Of a stretch of 64,000 bases of DNA, positions 28,035 through 37,911 are shown one piece after another. The DNA lies in assembly GCA_033581555.1 (NCBI GenBank), contig JAVQSZ010000005.1:76832-140831 (forward strand). Direction: 5' to 3'. The notes under the pieces were generated by a model. It did not search any database, was not told the DNA's origin, and worked only from the letters and a program-made list of their open reading frames with translations. Made by a program: the position numbers and the translations under genes. Each line of letters opens with the position of its first letter. Within the stretch, counting starts at the first letter, position 1. The stretch comes from Nitrososphaerota archaeon (GTDB lineage: Archaea; Thermoproteota; Nitrososphaeria_A; Caldarchaeales; Calditenuaceae).

Positions 28035-29467
28035 GGATCTACCGGAAGGCCGGCGACAGGGTGGAGCTCATCGCCCTCGGGAGGGACCTGAGGCTCGAGA
28101 AGGGCGACTACGTCCTCGCGTCGGACGGAAGCAGCACGCTGGTCCTGCAGGTGATAGACGTTGAGTACGCCGAGCTCCCCGGCGCCCTCGAGGAGACCCT
28201 CAGGGACCTAACGACCGACTCGCTCGTCCAGCTCGTCAGGCACGACCCTATGAACGTCGAGTCTCACGTGAGGGCCGTCAGGGACTCGAGGCTTGTGGTC
28301 ACGAAGCTCAGGAAGGTGATCGGAGGACCCTCGATCTCGCTGCCCTCGAGGCACGCGACCCGTGTGAGGCAGGCCTCGCCGCTGGAGGTCCTGGATTTAG
28401 CCTCGGGGCACAAGGAGAGGTCGATCGAGCTCGGCGACGGCGTCGCCATCGACCCGAGGGACGTCGAGGGATGCGTGACGATAATCACGGGGAGGAAGGA
28501 GTCCGGGAAGTCCCACCTCGCGAAGCTGCTCGCGGTCTCGCTGGTCATGACAGGTTACACGGTGCTGGTCCTCGACATCAACGGCGAATACGTCTCATTG
28601 GGGACTAGGAGGGACGGAGGGAGGAGCGGGATTCACGACAGGATGACCGTGCTCTCGCCCGGCATCGACTACCTGATACCGCTGAACGGTCTCTCGCAGG
28701 AGGTCCTGGCCGACGTGATGACGTTCGCGCTCGGGCTGCCCCAGACCAGCTTAAGGGAGCTCCTGAGGGCCGCTAGGGAACTCAGGGAGTCAGGGGGGCT
28801 GACGTTCAGGGGCCTCTACAGGGCCGTCCTCCACTCGCAGATGAACGAGTCGGTGAGGGACGCGATACTGAACAGGCTTGCGGCCCTCGAGTCCTCCGGC
28901 CTCTTCACCGACGAGCGGGGCGCCACCGACGCGCTGGTCAAGGCCCTCGCGTCGCCTGAGGGGAGGCTGGTCGTACTGGACATGAGCTGCCTCGGCCCGT
29001 CGCAGAGGAGGATCCTCGTGGAGTACGTCTTGAGCGACCTGAAGGATCGGCTATTCGCAGGGGAGCTGGAGCCGCTGATCCTGTTCGCGGAGGAGGCCCA
29101 CCTCTACCTCAGGGAGACCTACTGGGAGGACATCGTGACGAGGATGAGGCACATAGGGATATCGACGGTGCTGATCACCAACCAGCCCGACTCGATCCCC
29201 GCCCTGATCTACAGGCAGGCCGACAACGTCTTCATGTTCAACACGCGCAACGGCTCGGACATCGAGCACCTCGCGAGGAACCTCGACGTCGACGCGGAGA
29301 CCCTCAGGTCGATCCTCCCGGACCTCGAGAGGGGACACGTGCTGGCCTGGGGTAAGGCGTTCAGCTTCATGCCGATCGCGTTGACGGTGAGGGACACGGA
29401 GTTGGTCACGCGAGGGGAGACGAGGCGGAGGTCCCTCAGGGGGGAGAGCGCCGAGGGCGTCATGTGA
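28031..29467 (+). CDS. herA: HerA/FtsK-family ATPase
   Basis: HAS-barrel-like N-terminus, GRKESGKS Walker A, LDINGEY, EEAH Walker B, RMRHIG, TNQP. Confidence 0.88.
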   Translation: MRIYRKAGDRVELIALGRDLRLEKGDYVLASDGSSTLVLQVIDVEYAELPGALEETLRDLTTDSLVQLVRHDPMNVESHVRAVRDSRLVVTKLRKVIGGPSISLPSRHATRVRQASPLEVLDLASGHKERSIELGDGVAIDPRDVEGCVTIITGRKESGKSHLAKLLAVSLVMTGYTVLVLDINGEYVSLGTRRDGGRSGIHDRMTVLSPGIDYLIPLNGLSQEVLADVMTFALGLPQTSLRELLRAARELRESGGLTFRGLYRAVLHSQMNESVRDAILNRLAALESSGLFTDERGATDALVKALASPEGRLVVLDMSCLGPSQRRILVEYVLSDLKDRLFAGELEPLILFAEEAHLYLRETYWEDIVTRMRHIGISTVLITNQPDSIPALIYRQADNVFMFNTRNGSDIEHLARNLDVDAETLRSILPDLERGHVLAWGKAFSFMPIALTVRDTELVTRGETRRRSLRGESAEGVM

Positions 29468-29520
29468 CCGGTGCGGCTGCACGACAACTTATTAGAGGCC
29501 GCAGAGAACCTAAACTTAAC

Positions 29521-30333
29521 ATGGCGTTCGCTCTACAGGTCGGAGTCGGAACGCTCTTCGGTCTCCTCATACTGGTCATCATACTGATCGCGATCCTGAG
29601 GGCCGCCATCAGGGTGGTGAAGGAGTACGAGAGGGTCGTGGTCTTCAGGCTCGGCAGATTGATCGGCATAAAGGGCCCAGGGCTCGTCTTCCTGATACCG
29701 ATAATCGACTCGCCAAAGTTGATCGACCTGAGGATAGTCTCGATAGACGTCCCGAAGCAGAAGATCGTAACTAAGGACAACGTCACCGTCGAGGTCGATG
29801 CGGTCGTCTTCATGAGGGTCGAGGACCCGCAGGCGGCGGTCCTGAGGGTTAGGGACTTCCTGATGGCCTCCAGCATGCTCTCGATGACCACACTCAGGGA
29901 CGTGATAGGTCAGGTCGAGCTCGACGACCTCCTGACGAAGAGGGACGAGCTGAACGTCAGGATTCAGCGGATACTCGACGAGGCGACGGAGCCCTGGGGC
30001 GTTAAGATAACCGCTGTCGCGATAAGGGACGTGGTGCTCCCCGCTGACATGCAGAGGGCGATCGCGAAGCAGGCCGAGGCCGAGAGGGAGAGGAGGAGCA
30101 GGGTGATCATGGCGGAGGGCGAGTATCTCGCGGCCCAGAAGATGGCCGAGGCCGCGATGGCCTACGCGGCGAACCCGATAGCGCTGAGGCTCAGGGAGCT
30201 TCAGACTTGGACGGAGATCGCGAGGGAGAAGAACTTGATTATCGTGACAGAGGGCGGAGGAGGGCTGGGGAGTTTCGTCGCGACGGCGGCAGGAGTAGCG
30301 GGCCATGAGATCAAGAAGGGGAAGGCCGAGTAG
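29521..30333 (+). CDS. SPFH/stomatin (slipin) family protein
   Basis: EYERVVVFRLG, TKDNV, QAEAERERR, ALRLRELQT. Confidence 0.93.
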   Translation: MAFALQVGVGTLFGLLILVIILIAILRAAIRVVKEYERVVVFRLGRLIGIKGPGLVFLIPIIDSPKLIDLRIVSIDVPKQKIVTKDNVTVEVDAVVFMRVEDPQAAVLRVRDFLMASSMLSMTTLRDVIGQVELDDLLTKRDELNVRIQRILDEATEPWGVKITAVAIRDVVLPADMQRAIAKQAEAERERRSRVIMAEGEYLAAQKMAEAAMAYAANPIALRLRELQTWTEIAREKNLIIVTEGGGGLGSFVATAAGVAGHEIKKGKAE

Positions 30334-31639
30334 CGATAAGAAGCTCGCGCTGCTACTGCTGCTAGCCGCGTTCTTAATTCCGCTCTCGTTGAGTTTGGCT
30401 CCCGCTGAGTCGCAACCGAGACCCCGGGTCGCCCTGCTCGAGGTCCAGGGCTACATCTCGACCGCTGTGGCCGAGTGGATCGAGCAGTTCCTCGAGACGG
30501 CAGAGATTTACGACGCGGTCGTCATCACCATCAACACCTTCGGGGGCTTAGGGGACGCGACCCTGAAGATCGTCGACGCCATAATGAACTCGCCTGCGCC
30601 CGTGGTCGTCTTCGTCTACCCGCCGGGTGGGCAGGCTCTCTCGGCAGGGACCTACATACTGATGTCGGCGGACCTCGCGGCGATGGCTCCCCACACGATC
30701 ATCGGGTCGGCGCAGCCCGTGGTCAACGGAGTCCCCTCGCAGGACCCGAAGCTGATCAACTTCCTCGTCGAGAAGATTAGGACGATGGCCAGGATCCACG
30801 GACGGAACGAGACTCAGGCGGCGAGGTTCGTGACCCACAACGACAACCTCAACCCAAACGCCGCCCTGGAGAGGGGAGTAATCGAAGTGGTCGCTGAGGA
30901 CGTCAGGGACCTGCTGGAAAAGGCTCACGGGAGGACGGTCAGGAGGCTAGGGGGCGAGGCGACGCTGAACCTCAAGGGCGCGGTGATCGAGAGGATCTCC
31001 AGGGACGTTAGGTCGGAGGTGCTCCATTTCCTGAGCGACCCGATACTCTCGACGCTCTTGATGTCGCTCGGCTTCCTGATACTGATCGTGGGCCTCACCA
31101 ACCCCGGCATCGGGACCGAGCTGGTCGGGGGGATCCTGATACTCCTTGGGCTGATCGGACAGGGCTTCAGCGTCAACCTAGTAGGTCTCGGGATAATCAT
31201 CCTGGGGTCTATCCTCGTGCTCTACGAGTTCTACACCGGTGGAACCCTCATCGCCTTGCCGTTCGGTATAGGCTTGCTGGTCCTCGGGTCGATACTGCTG
31301 ATTCGCTCACCGCCCGGCATAATCTACATCGCGCAGAGCTGGCTTGAGGAGGCAATGGTGAGCGTGGTGCTCGTCGGGACGTTCGCTGGCGCTTTCGCGG
31401 GGTTCGTCGTCTACAAGGTGGCCAGGGTCGCGAGACGGAGGACGCTCCAGATAGCAGTCGAGGAGTCCGGAAGGGCCGTCGAGGACATCGCCTCGGGCTC
31501 GGTGGGGTATGTAGTGGTCGGCGGGGAGTACAGGAGGGCCCTAGCGCTCGAGGACGTCAAGCGAGACGAGGAGGTCAAGGTCGTCGGGAAGAGGGACAAC
31601 TTGCTCCTGGTCAGGCCCGCGAGGCCGAAGCAGGCCTAG
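30305..31639 (+). CDS. nfeD: NfeD membrane-bound serine protease (long form)
   Basis: INTFGG, SAGTYI, IGSAQPV, TM block, C-terminal OB (GYVVVGGEY); adjacent to stomatin. Confidence 0.9.
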   Translation: MRSRRGRPSSDKKLALLLLLAAFLIPLSLSLAPAESQPRPRVALLEVQGYISTAVAEWIEQFLETAEIYDAVVITINTFGGLGDATLKIVDAIMNSPAPVVVFVYPPGGQALSAGTYILMSADLAAMAPHTIIGSAQPVVNGVPSQDPKLINFLVEKIRTMARIHGRNETQAARFVTHNDNLNPNAALERGVIEVVAEDVRDLLEKAHGRTVRRLGGEATLNLKGAVIERISRDVRSEVLHFLSDPILSTLLMSLGFLILIVGLTNPGIGTELVGGILILLGLIGQGFSVNLVGLGIIILGSILVLYEFYTGGTLIALPFGIGLLVLGSILLIRSPPGIIYIAQSWLEEAMVSVVLVGTFAGAFAGFVVYKVARVARRRTLQIAVEESGRAVEDIASGSVGYVVVGGEYRRALALEDVKRDEEVKVVGKRDNLLLVRPARPKQA

Positions 31640-31694
31640 ATCGCCCGAAGGGACCAAAAACTACCTCGTATTGGGTACGCGACGCTCCGGACGC

Positions 31695-32126
31695 TTAGAG
31701 CTGCGCGCCAAAGCGGTCTGTCCTGCGCCTCAGGCCCCTAGGCCTGGAGGCGTTGAAGTAACCTCCCGAGGGCACGGTCCTCTCGGAGAGGTTGTTCTCG
31801 GTGTTGACCTCGCCGATCTCCTCGTCCACGACCTCTACGCTCCCGTACCTCCCGAGGTTCAGCTGCATCCTGCCCTTGAAGACCTTGACGTAGGCGTTGG
31901 TCACCTTCACGGTGCTCCCGACCTCCACCTTGTCTATGTCGTCGTCCCACAGGACCAGCGATATCGCGCCCGTCTTGTCAGCTATCGTCGCGATCGAGAG
32001 CCTGTGGTTCGCGTTGTCGTACTGGCTGCCCACGACCCGCGGCTCGGTTTTCGAGACGACCTTCGCGACCAGGTTCACGCCCCTTGAGCTGGGGCCGAGG
32101 TCCTCTATTCTCTCCACCTTACTCAA
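31695..32126 (-). CDS. ssb: Single-OB-fold single-stranded DNA-binding protein (crenarchaeal type)
   Basis: ADKTGAISLVLW, NAYVKVFKG, LNLGRYG, NNLSE, flexible tail. Confidence 0.85.
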   Translation of the reverse strand: MSKVERIEDLGPSSRGVNLVAKVVSKTEPRVVGSQYDNANHRLSIATIADKTGAISLVLWDDDIDKVEVGSTVKVTNAYVKVFKGRMQLNLGRYGSVEVVDEEIGEVNTENNLSERTVPSGGYFNASRPRGLRRRTDRFGAQL

Positions 32127-32255
32127 ACGCGTTCACGCCCTATGTGTACCCCCACTTCTAATGAGGTCACTTTTTAATGTTCGCGAGCCCTCCTCAGCAG
32201 GGATGTCCGCTGATACATTCTTAAACCGGCTTCACGTGGGGAGGAGTTCGCGGGT

Positions 32256-33398
32256 TTGGACTACTATGAGCTGCTGATGTTCGTCGCGTCGGTCTCGCTG
32301 ATCGTGGCGCTGGTCCTCTCGAAGCGGGCGAAGGTCGGGTACGCGGTCGCGGCCGGGGCCCTCATGTACGGAGCCACGACCCTGAGGCCCGCGGAGCTGC
32401 TGAGCGTCACGGTAGGGTCCTTCAACCAGAGGATGCTCGAGGTCGCGACGGCCCTGGTCTTCTCGATGACGCTCTCCCACGCGATGAGGAGGGACGGCGA
32501 GCGGATCTACAGGGGCATGGTGAGGCTCGGGCCGAGGGCGGCGGCAATAGGGATACCCGCGACGATAGGGCTGCTGCCGATGCCCGGGGGAGCGTACGTC
32601 TCCGCGACGATCGCCGACCAGCTCTACGAGAGGGTGAACATGGACAGGAGGGTGAGGACGTTCGTGAATTACTGGTGGAGGCACATCTGGATATCGGTCT
32701 GGCCCCTCTACCAGGGCGTGATCCTGGCCTCTGCGGTCCTCCACGCGAGCGTCGTCGAGGTGATCTCGAGGACCTGGCCCGCGGCGCTGGCAGCTGCGAT
32801 CGCAGGCTTCGCGATGGTGCCGAGGATCCCGAAGGTGGGCGACCTCGGCCTGCTCCGGGACCTGAAGTCGCTCTGGCCCCTGGGGCTGGTCGCGGTCCTC
32901 TCGTTCCTCCTGCCCCTCCCGATCGCGATCGGACTGACGCTCCTCGCGTACGTCCTGGTCAGCAGGATGAGCTCGAGGGAGTTCCTCGAGGCCCTCAGAC
33001 TCGGGACCAACCCTAACGTGATGATGATCATAATCGGGTCGCTGGTCTTCTCGAGCTACATCGTCGCAACCGGACTGAACCTCGACCTCGCGGAGACGCT
33101 CGGCCCCTACGGCCCGATCGCCGTCTTCTCGGTACCGCTGGTCATAGGTTTGGCCACGGGAATAGAGTTCGCCTTCGTCGCGCTCGCCTTCCCTCCCCTC
33201 CTGGGACTGCTCGACGGATACATGGCCGCCCTCGCCTTCGCGGGCGGGCACATCGGGGTGATGCTGAGCCCCGCCCACAGCTGCTTCGTCCTCTCCTCCG
33301 AGTACTTCAGGACGCCCCTCAATGACGTCTACCCGCTACTCGCGAGGGCCATACTGATCGAGGTCCCGCTGATCGCGCTCCTCCTGACGGTCCTCTGA
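32256..33398 (+). CDS. DUF401-family membrane protein
   Basis: IGLLPMPGGAYVSA, NYWWRHIW, MLSPAHSC. Confidence 0.85.
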   Translation: MDYYELLMFVASVSLIVALVLSKRAKVGYAVAAGALMYGATTLRPAELLSVTVGSFNQRMLEVATALVFSMTLSHAMRRDGERIYRGMVRLGPRAAAIGIPATIGLLPMPGGAYVSATIADQLYERVNMDRRVRTFVNYWWRHIWISVWPLYQGVILASAVLHASVVEVISRTWPAALAAAIAGFAMVPRIPKVGDLGLLRDLKSLWPLGLVAVLSFLLPLPIAIGLTLLAYVLVSRMSSREFLEALRLGTNPNVMMIIIGSLVFSSYIVATGLNLDLAETLGPYGPIAVFSVPLVIGLATGIEFAFVALAFPPLLGLLDGYMAALAFAGGHIGVMLSPAHSCFVLSSEYFRTPLNDVYPLLARAILIEVPLIALLLTVL

Positions 33399-33400
33399 GT

Positions 33401-35386
33401 TCAGAAGAGCTCCGAGAGGTCCTTCACCTTCACCGAGCCCTCGACCCCCAGCACCCTCACCGCGTCCTCGAGCATGGCGAGGCAGAAGGGACACTCCGCG
33501 ACGATCACACTGGCCCCTGTGCTTAGGGCCTCCTCGACCCTCTGGACGCTCTCACGCTTGACCCTCTTCACCTCGTACCAATAGTTACCCCCTCCGCCGC
33601 CGCAGCAGAACGTGTCCGCACCTCTCCTAGGCATCTCCCTCAGGTCCGCACCCGCTAATGCTATCCTCGGCTCGTCGACGATGCCGTTGTGCCTGGCTAT
33701 GTAGCAGGAGTCGTGGAGCGTGACCGAGACCGCCTCCCTGACCCTGATCCTCCCCTCCTTCACTAGCCTCCCCAGCAGTACCGAGTGGTGGACGACCTCG
33801 ACGTCCAGCCCGAACTCCCTGTACTCGTGCTTCAGGACCTGGTAGCAGTGCGGGCAGTGGGTCAGGACCTTCTTCGCGTTGACGGACTTCAGCGCCTCCA
33901 CGTTCCTGTAGGCCTGCTCCTGGAACCTCCCCTCCTCGCCCATCCTCCTCGCCGACTCGCCGGTGCAGGACTCGAGGGGCCCGAGGACCGCGAAGCTCAC
34001 GCCGGCCCGCGTGAGGACCTCCGCAAGCCTCTTAACGACCTGCCTCGCCCTCTGATCGAACGTCGAGAGGCACCCGATCCAGTAGACGTACTCGGCGTCG
34101 GGGTACTCGTCGACCGTCTTGACGCCCATCGCCCTCAACTCGGAGAGCAGCTCCTGCCTCGCGGACTGCGGGAGCCCGTACATGTTCCCGGTCCTGCCGA
34201 GGTTGGTGAGGGCCTCAACCGCGCGCCTCTCGAGCCTCCCCTCCAGCGTGAGGGACCTCCTCGCCTCGAGTATGTACTCCATCGGGCTGATGGTGACCGG
34301 ACAGACCTCGGCGCAGGCGGCACAGGTGGTGCACGCGAAGAGCTCCTCATAGGTCAGCACTCCGGACTCGAGGACGTCGCGCCCCCCGTCCTGGCGGGAG
34401 CGCCACATCTCCTCTCTCAGCTTCTGGACGACCATCCTCGGCGAGAGAGGCGTTCCGGCCGCGAAGGCGGGGCAGGCGGCCTCGCATCTCCCGCAGTCGG
34501 TGCAGGCGTCGAGCCCCATCCTCTGGTACCAGTCGAGCTCGCTGACCCTCCTGAACCCGACCTTGACCTCGGCCTCAGGGCTGAGCTCCTCGAGCTTGAA
34601 GGGCGTCTTCGCGAGGACCGGAGGCCTCGGAGCTGCGTGGGAGAGCCCGGCGTAGAAGACGGCCACGATCGTGTGGAGGAGGTTGGTGAACGGGATCGCC
34701 GCGACTAGCGAGAAGGCGACGACCGCGTGGGCCCACCAGACCCAGGCGTAGAGACCGGAGGCGACCGCTTCAGGTACCTCGAGGGCCGAGAGCGATGCAG
34801 CGACCGCGTTCCCGACGAACGAGTAGCCGGCCCAGGGGACCTCTTTGACGTGGAGCCTGAGCCCCTCCATCACGAACCCCGAAACCCCGATGAACAGGAT
34901 CCCGTAGAGGTAGGCGTAGTACTCGAGCTTCTGCCTGAGCCTCTTCACCCCTGAGTACCTCCTGCCCAGCGCGACGACGACCCCGTACATCATCAGGACG
35001 CCGAAGAGGTCCATCGCGAACTCGAAGGCGACGTAGCCCGTCCCCTGCAGGAGCTTTCCTCCGAGCCTCTCGAAGACGTCGAAGTCGATCGCAACCAGCA
35101 CGGTCCCGATGAAGAGGACGAGGATGCCGTAGCTGAGCGCGACGTGCATCACGCCCGGTCCGATCTCCCTCAGGAGTCTCCTCTGCGCAACCGCGTACTT
35201 CGCCACCCCCTTCAGCCAAGCGACCGGGTCCCTGAGCACCGCCTTCAGCGCCTCCCATCCGTACTCGGACATCTTCAGGTAGAAGCCGTAGAGGAAGACG
35301 GCCGCGAACGGCAGCAGGACGAGGTACATCGCGACCTCGGTCCACTCCGGGAGGAGGGCGAAGTTCTCCCTCGCGGGGACCTCCAC
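33401..35386 (-). CDS. Membrane-bound Fe-S oxidoreductase (FadF/HdrED-like)
   Basis: NarI-like TM N-terminus, CTDCGRCEAACP and CTTCAACAEVCP, CCG domains (CPHC, HDSC, CCGGGGG, CPFC). Confidence 0.88.
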   Translation of the reverse strand: MEVPARENFALLPEWTEVAMYLVLLPFAAVFLYGFYLKMSEYGWEALKAVLRDPVAWLKGVAKYAVAQRRLLREIGPGVMHVALSYGILVLFIGTVLVAIDFDVFERLGGKLLQGTGYVAFEFAMDLFGVLMMYGVVVALGRRYSGVKRLRQKLEYYAYLYGILFIGVSGFVMEGLRLHVKEVPWAGYSFVGNAVAASLSALEVPEAVASGLYAWVWWAHAVVAFSLVAAIPFTNLLHTIVAVFYAGLSHAAPRPPVLAKTPFKLEELSPEAEVKVGFRRVSELDWYQRMGLDACTDCGRCEAACPAFAAGTPLSPRMVVQKLREEMWRSRQDGGRDVLESGVLTYEELFACTTCAACAEVCPVTISPMEYILEARRSLTLEGRLERRAVEALTNLGRTGNMYGLPQSARQELLSELRAMGVKTVDEYPDAEYVYWIGCLSTFDQRARQVVKRLAEVLTRAGVSFAVLGPLESCTGESARRMGEEGRFQEQAYRNVEALKSVNAKKVLTHCPHCYQVLKHEYREFGLDVEVVHHSVLLGRLVKEGRIRVREAVSVTLHDSCYIARHNGIVDEPRIALAGADLREMPRRGADTFCCGGGGGNYWYEVKRVKRESVQRVEEALSTGASVIVAECPFCLAMLEDAVRVLGVEGSVKVKDLSELF

Positions 35387-35486
35387 GGGTTTAGCGGCCT
35401 CACCGGAGCTAAAAACGGTGCTCCGGAGTGCGCGGCGCGCGTTGGTCGGCCGCAGCCTTATACCCGGGTCTACCCGGGCCGAGGTC

Positions 35487-36041
35487 GTGGAGGTAAGGGT
35501 CCTCGAGTCGAGGAGGATCTACTCGGGGAGGACGGTGGGCCTGAGGGTGGAGAGGGTCTCGGTGGACGGGAGGGTAGTCCTCAGGGAGATAGTGGAGCAC
35601 CGGGGGGCAGCAGTGATAGTCCCGATCCGTGACGACGGAAGGCTGGTCCTGGTCAAGCAGTACAGGCGGCCGGTCGACGAGGAGGTCCTCGAGTTCCCCG
35701 CAGGGACGCTCGAGCCCGGCGAGGACCCGGAGGGCTGCGCGAAAAGGGAGCTCCTGGAGGAGACCGGACACGAGGCCCTCTCCCTCGAGAGGCTCGCGAC
35801 CGTATACCCCGCTCCCGGGTACTCGGAGGAGGCGATGCACCTCTTCCTGGCCAGAGCGGTCCCTAAAGGGGGTCTCGCGCTGGAGGACGACGAGGACCTG
35901 AGGGTCGTGACGCTGACGCTCGAGGAGCTGATCGGGATGGCGCTGAGGGGAGAGGTCAGGGACGCGAAGACGATCGTCGGCGCCTTCCTGCTGAGGGAGA
36001 GGTTGGGCCGAGGGAGCCAACCGGCGTCCGGGTTCCGGTGA
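35487..36041 (+). CDS. Nudix hydrolase (ADP-ribose pyrophosphatase-like)
   Basis: PAGTLEPGEDPEGCAKRELLEETG Nudix box; QYR, DAKT. Confidence 0.9.
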   Translation: MEVRVLESRRIYSGRTVGLRVERVSVDGRVVLREIVEHRGAAVIVPIRDDGRLVLVKQYRRPVDEEVLEFPAGTLEPGEDPEGCAKRELLEETGHEALSLERLATVYPAPGYSEEAMHLFLARAVPKGGLALEDDEDLRVVTLTLEELIGMALRGEVRDAKTIVGAFLLRERLGRGSQPASGFR

Positions 36042-37138
36042 CACGTTTATCAGACGTCCCGGAGACACATCCGCGGATGAAGGTAACCGCTGAGGACGTG
36101 CTGAGGGCGCTGAAGCAGGTGAAGGACCCGGAGCTCGGGGTCGACGTGGTGCAGATGGGGATGATCAAGGACCTGAAGGTGAAGGACGGCCACGTCTCCT
36201 TCACGCTCGAGCTGACCACCCCAGCCTGTCCCTACAACGAGGAGCTGAAGTCGGCGGTCCTAAAGGCCGTAGAGTCGGTGAAGGGCGTCGAGAGGGTCTC
36301 GATGGAGGTGAAGTCGAGGGTGCTGAGCGTCAGGCCCCAGAGCCAGGCCCTGAACCCGATACCCTCGGTGAAGAACGTGATCGCGGTCGCCAGCGGCAAG
36401 GGAGGGGTGGGGAAGTCCACGATCGCGGTGAACCTCGCCGTCGCGCTCTCGGAGGCGGGGGCCGCGACGGGCCTGCTGGACGCGGACGTCTACGGCCCGA
36501 CCATACCCAGGTTCATCAGGGGTTACGACTTCTCCTCGAGCGTCAGGGGCAACAAGGTCGAGCCGGCCAGGGGACCGCTCGGCGTGAAGATGATGTCACT
36601 CGGCTTGATAGTGACCGACGACACCCCCGTCATCTGGAGGGGGCCGCTCGTGGGGACGACCGTGAGGCAGCTGATCACCGACGTCGACTGGGGCGAGCTC
36701 GACTACCTGATCGTCGACCTCCCGCCGGGCACCGGGGACGCGCCGCTGACGCTCGCTCAGACCGTCCCGCTGAGCGGGGTGGTGATCGTCACGACTCCGC
36801 AGAAGGCCGCGGTCACGATAGCGATGAAGGCGCTGAGGATGTTCCAGAGGCTGAACGTCAACGTCATCGGGATAGTGGAGAACATGTCCTACGTCAGGTG
36901 CTCCGACTGCGGAAAGACGATCCGGGTCTTCGGGGAGAGCTACGCGAGGAGGGCAGCGCTGGAGGCCGGCGTTCCGCTCTTGGCCGAGGTCCCCCTGCTC
37001 GAGTCGATCCTCGAGGGGAGCGAGGACGGGACGCCAGTGATCGTGAGGGACCCGAAGTCCGAGGCCGCGGAGGTCTTCAGGGCACTCGCGAGGAGGGTCG
37101 CGGGGAGGGTGAGCGTCATTGCCGCCGGCGGAAGGTGA
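36038..37138 (+). CDS. apbC: Mrp/NBP35 (ApbC) Fe-S cluster carrier ATPase with DUF59 N-terminus
   Basis: DPELG, TTPACP, SGKGGVGKST, DADVYGP, WRGP, DLPPGTGD, ENMS. Confidence 0.93.
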   Translation: MTRLSDVPETHPRMKVTAEDVLRALKQVKDPELGVDVVQMGMIKDLKVKDGHVSFTLELTTPACPYNEELKSAVLKAVESVKGVERVSMEVKSRVLSVRPQSQALNPIPSVKNVIAVASGKGGVGKSTIAVNLAVALSEAGAATGLLDADVYGPTIPRFIRGYDFSSSVRGNKVEPARGPLGVKMMSLGLIVTDDTPVIWRGPLVGTTVRQLITDVDWGELDYLIVDLPPGTGDAPLTLAQTVPLSGVVIVTTPQKAAVTIAMKALRMFQRLNVNVIGIVENMSYVRCSDCGKTIRVFGESYARRAALEAGVPLLAEVPLLESILEGSEDGTPVIVRDPKSEAAEVFRALARRVAGRVSVIAAGGR

Positions 37139-37589
37139 GCGGTCGGAGCTCCTCTCGGTCCCGAGGACAGGCGTCTACGCGAAGGGTTCCCTCGACCTGG
37201 TCGCGGTCTACGATTCCCTGAGCTCGGCCTACGGCGACGGTTCCTCTGGCGCGCTGGCGACGTTCATGGGCATAGCTAGGTCGACGAGCAGGACCGGGAA
37301 GAGGGTCGTCGAGGTCGTGATAGAGGCCTACGTCGAGAACGCGGAGCTCGAGCTGCGCAGGATCGTCTCTGAGGCGACCGAGAGGCACAACCTGACCTTC
37401 GCGGGGATTTGGCACCTCTTGGGCCCCTTCAGGCCAGGGGAGCCGATCGTGCTGGTCGCCTCGATGGGCCCGAGGAGGAAAGGGGTGATGGACGCGCTAG
37501 CCGAGATGGTCGAGCGGTACAAGAGGGAGCCGGCGCTCTTCAAGAAGGAGGTCTACGCTGACGGGACGTCGGAATGGGTGGAGGAGTAA
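37119..37589 (+). CDS. moaE: Molybdopterin synthase catalytic subunit
   Basis: GALATFMGIAR, EAY, WH, FKKE...W. Confidence 0.82.
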   Translation: MPPAEGERSELLSVPRTGVYAKGSLDLVAVYDSLSSAYGDGSSGALATFMGIARSTSRTGKRVVEVVIEAYVENAELELRRIVSEATERHNLTFAGIWHLLGPFRPGEPIVLVASMGPRRKGVMDALAEMVERYKREPALFKKEVYADGTSEWVEE

Positions 37590-37911
37590 CAGTCTCGCGT
37601 TCTCGATGAGAACGCCTCCCTTCCTCGTTCTCCTTCGTTCCCAATCCCCTTCGCGAAGCTCTCTGCCACCTCGCTCCGCAGATTCAGGGGAGCCTCGGAC
37701 TTCCGATCTCTGGGCAAGGTTCCGAGCCCTACTTCGCCTCTTCGAGCCCTCCTGAGCCAGTCCCCGTCTGGGACTCGGCGTTGCCGCGCTCTTCGCAGCT
37801 CGGTGTGTATGGAGAAGAACGACGAGCCAGACACATCTCTGCTCATGACGCAGCGAGGCAGTCGACCCCCGAGATCGAGTGACCTCTCATCTCGCGGTAG
37901 CCCCCGACTCA

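Noticed and set aside
37590-37911. RNase P RNA or SRP RNA call
   Set aside because: Only a partial GGAAGTCCG resemblance; no matching P4 3' strand or SRP helix-8 motif found. Kept only as an unexplained region.
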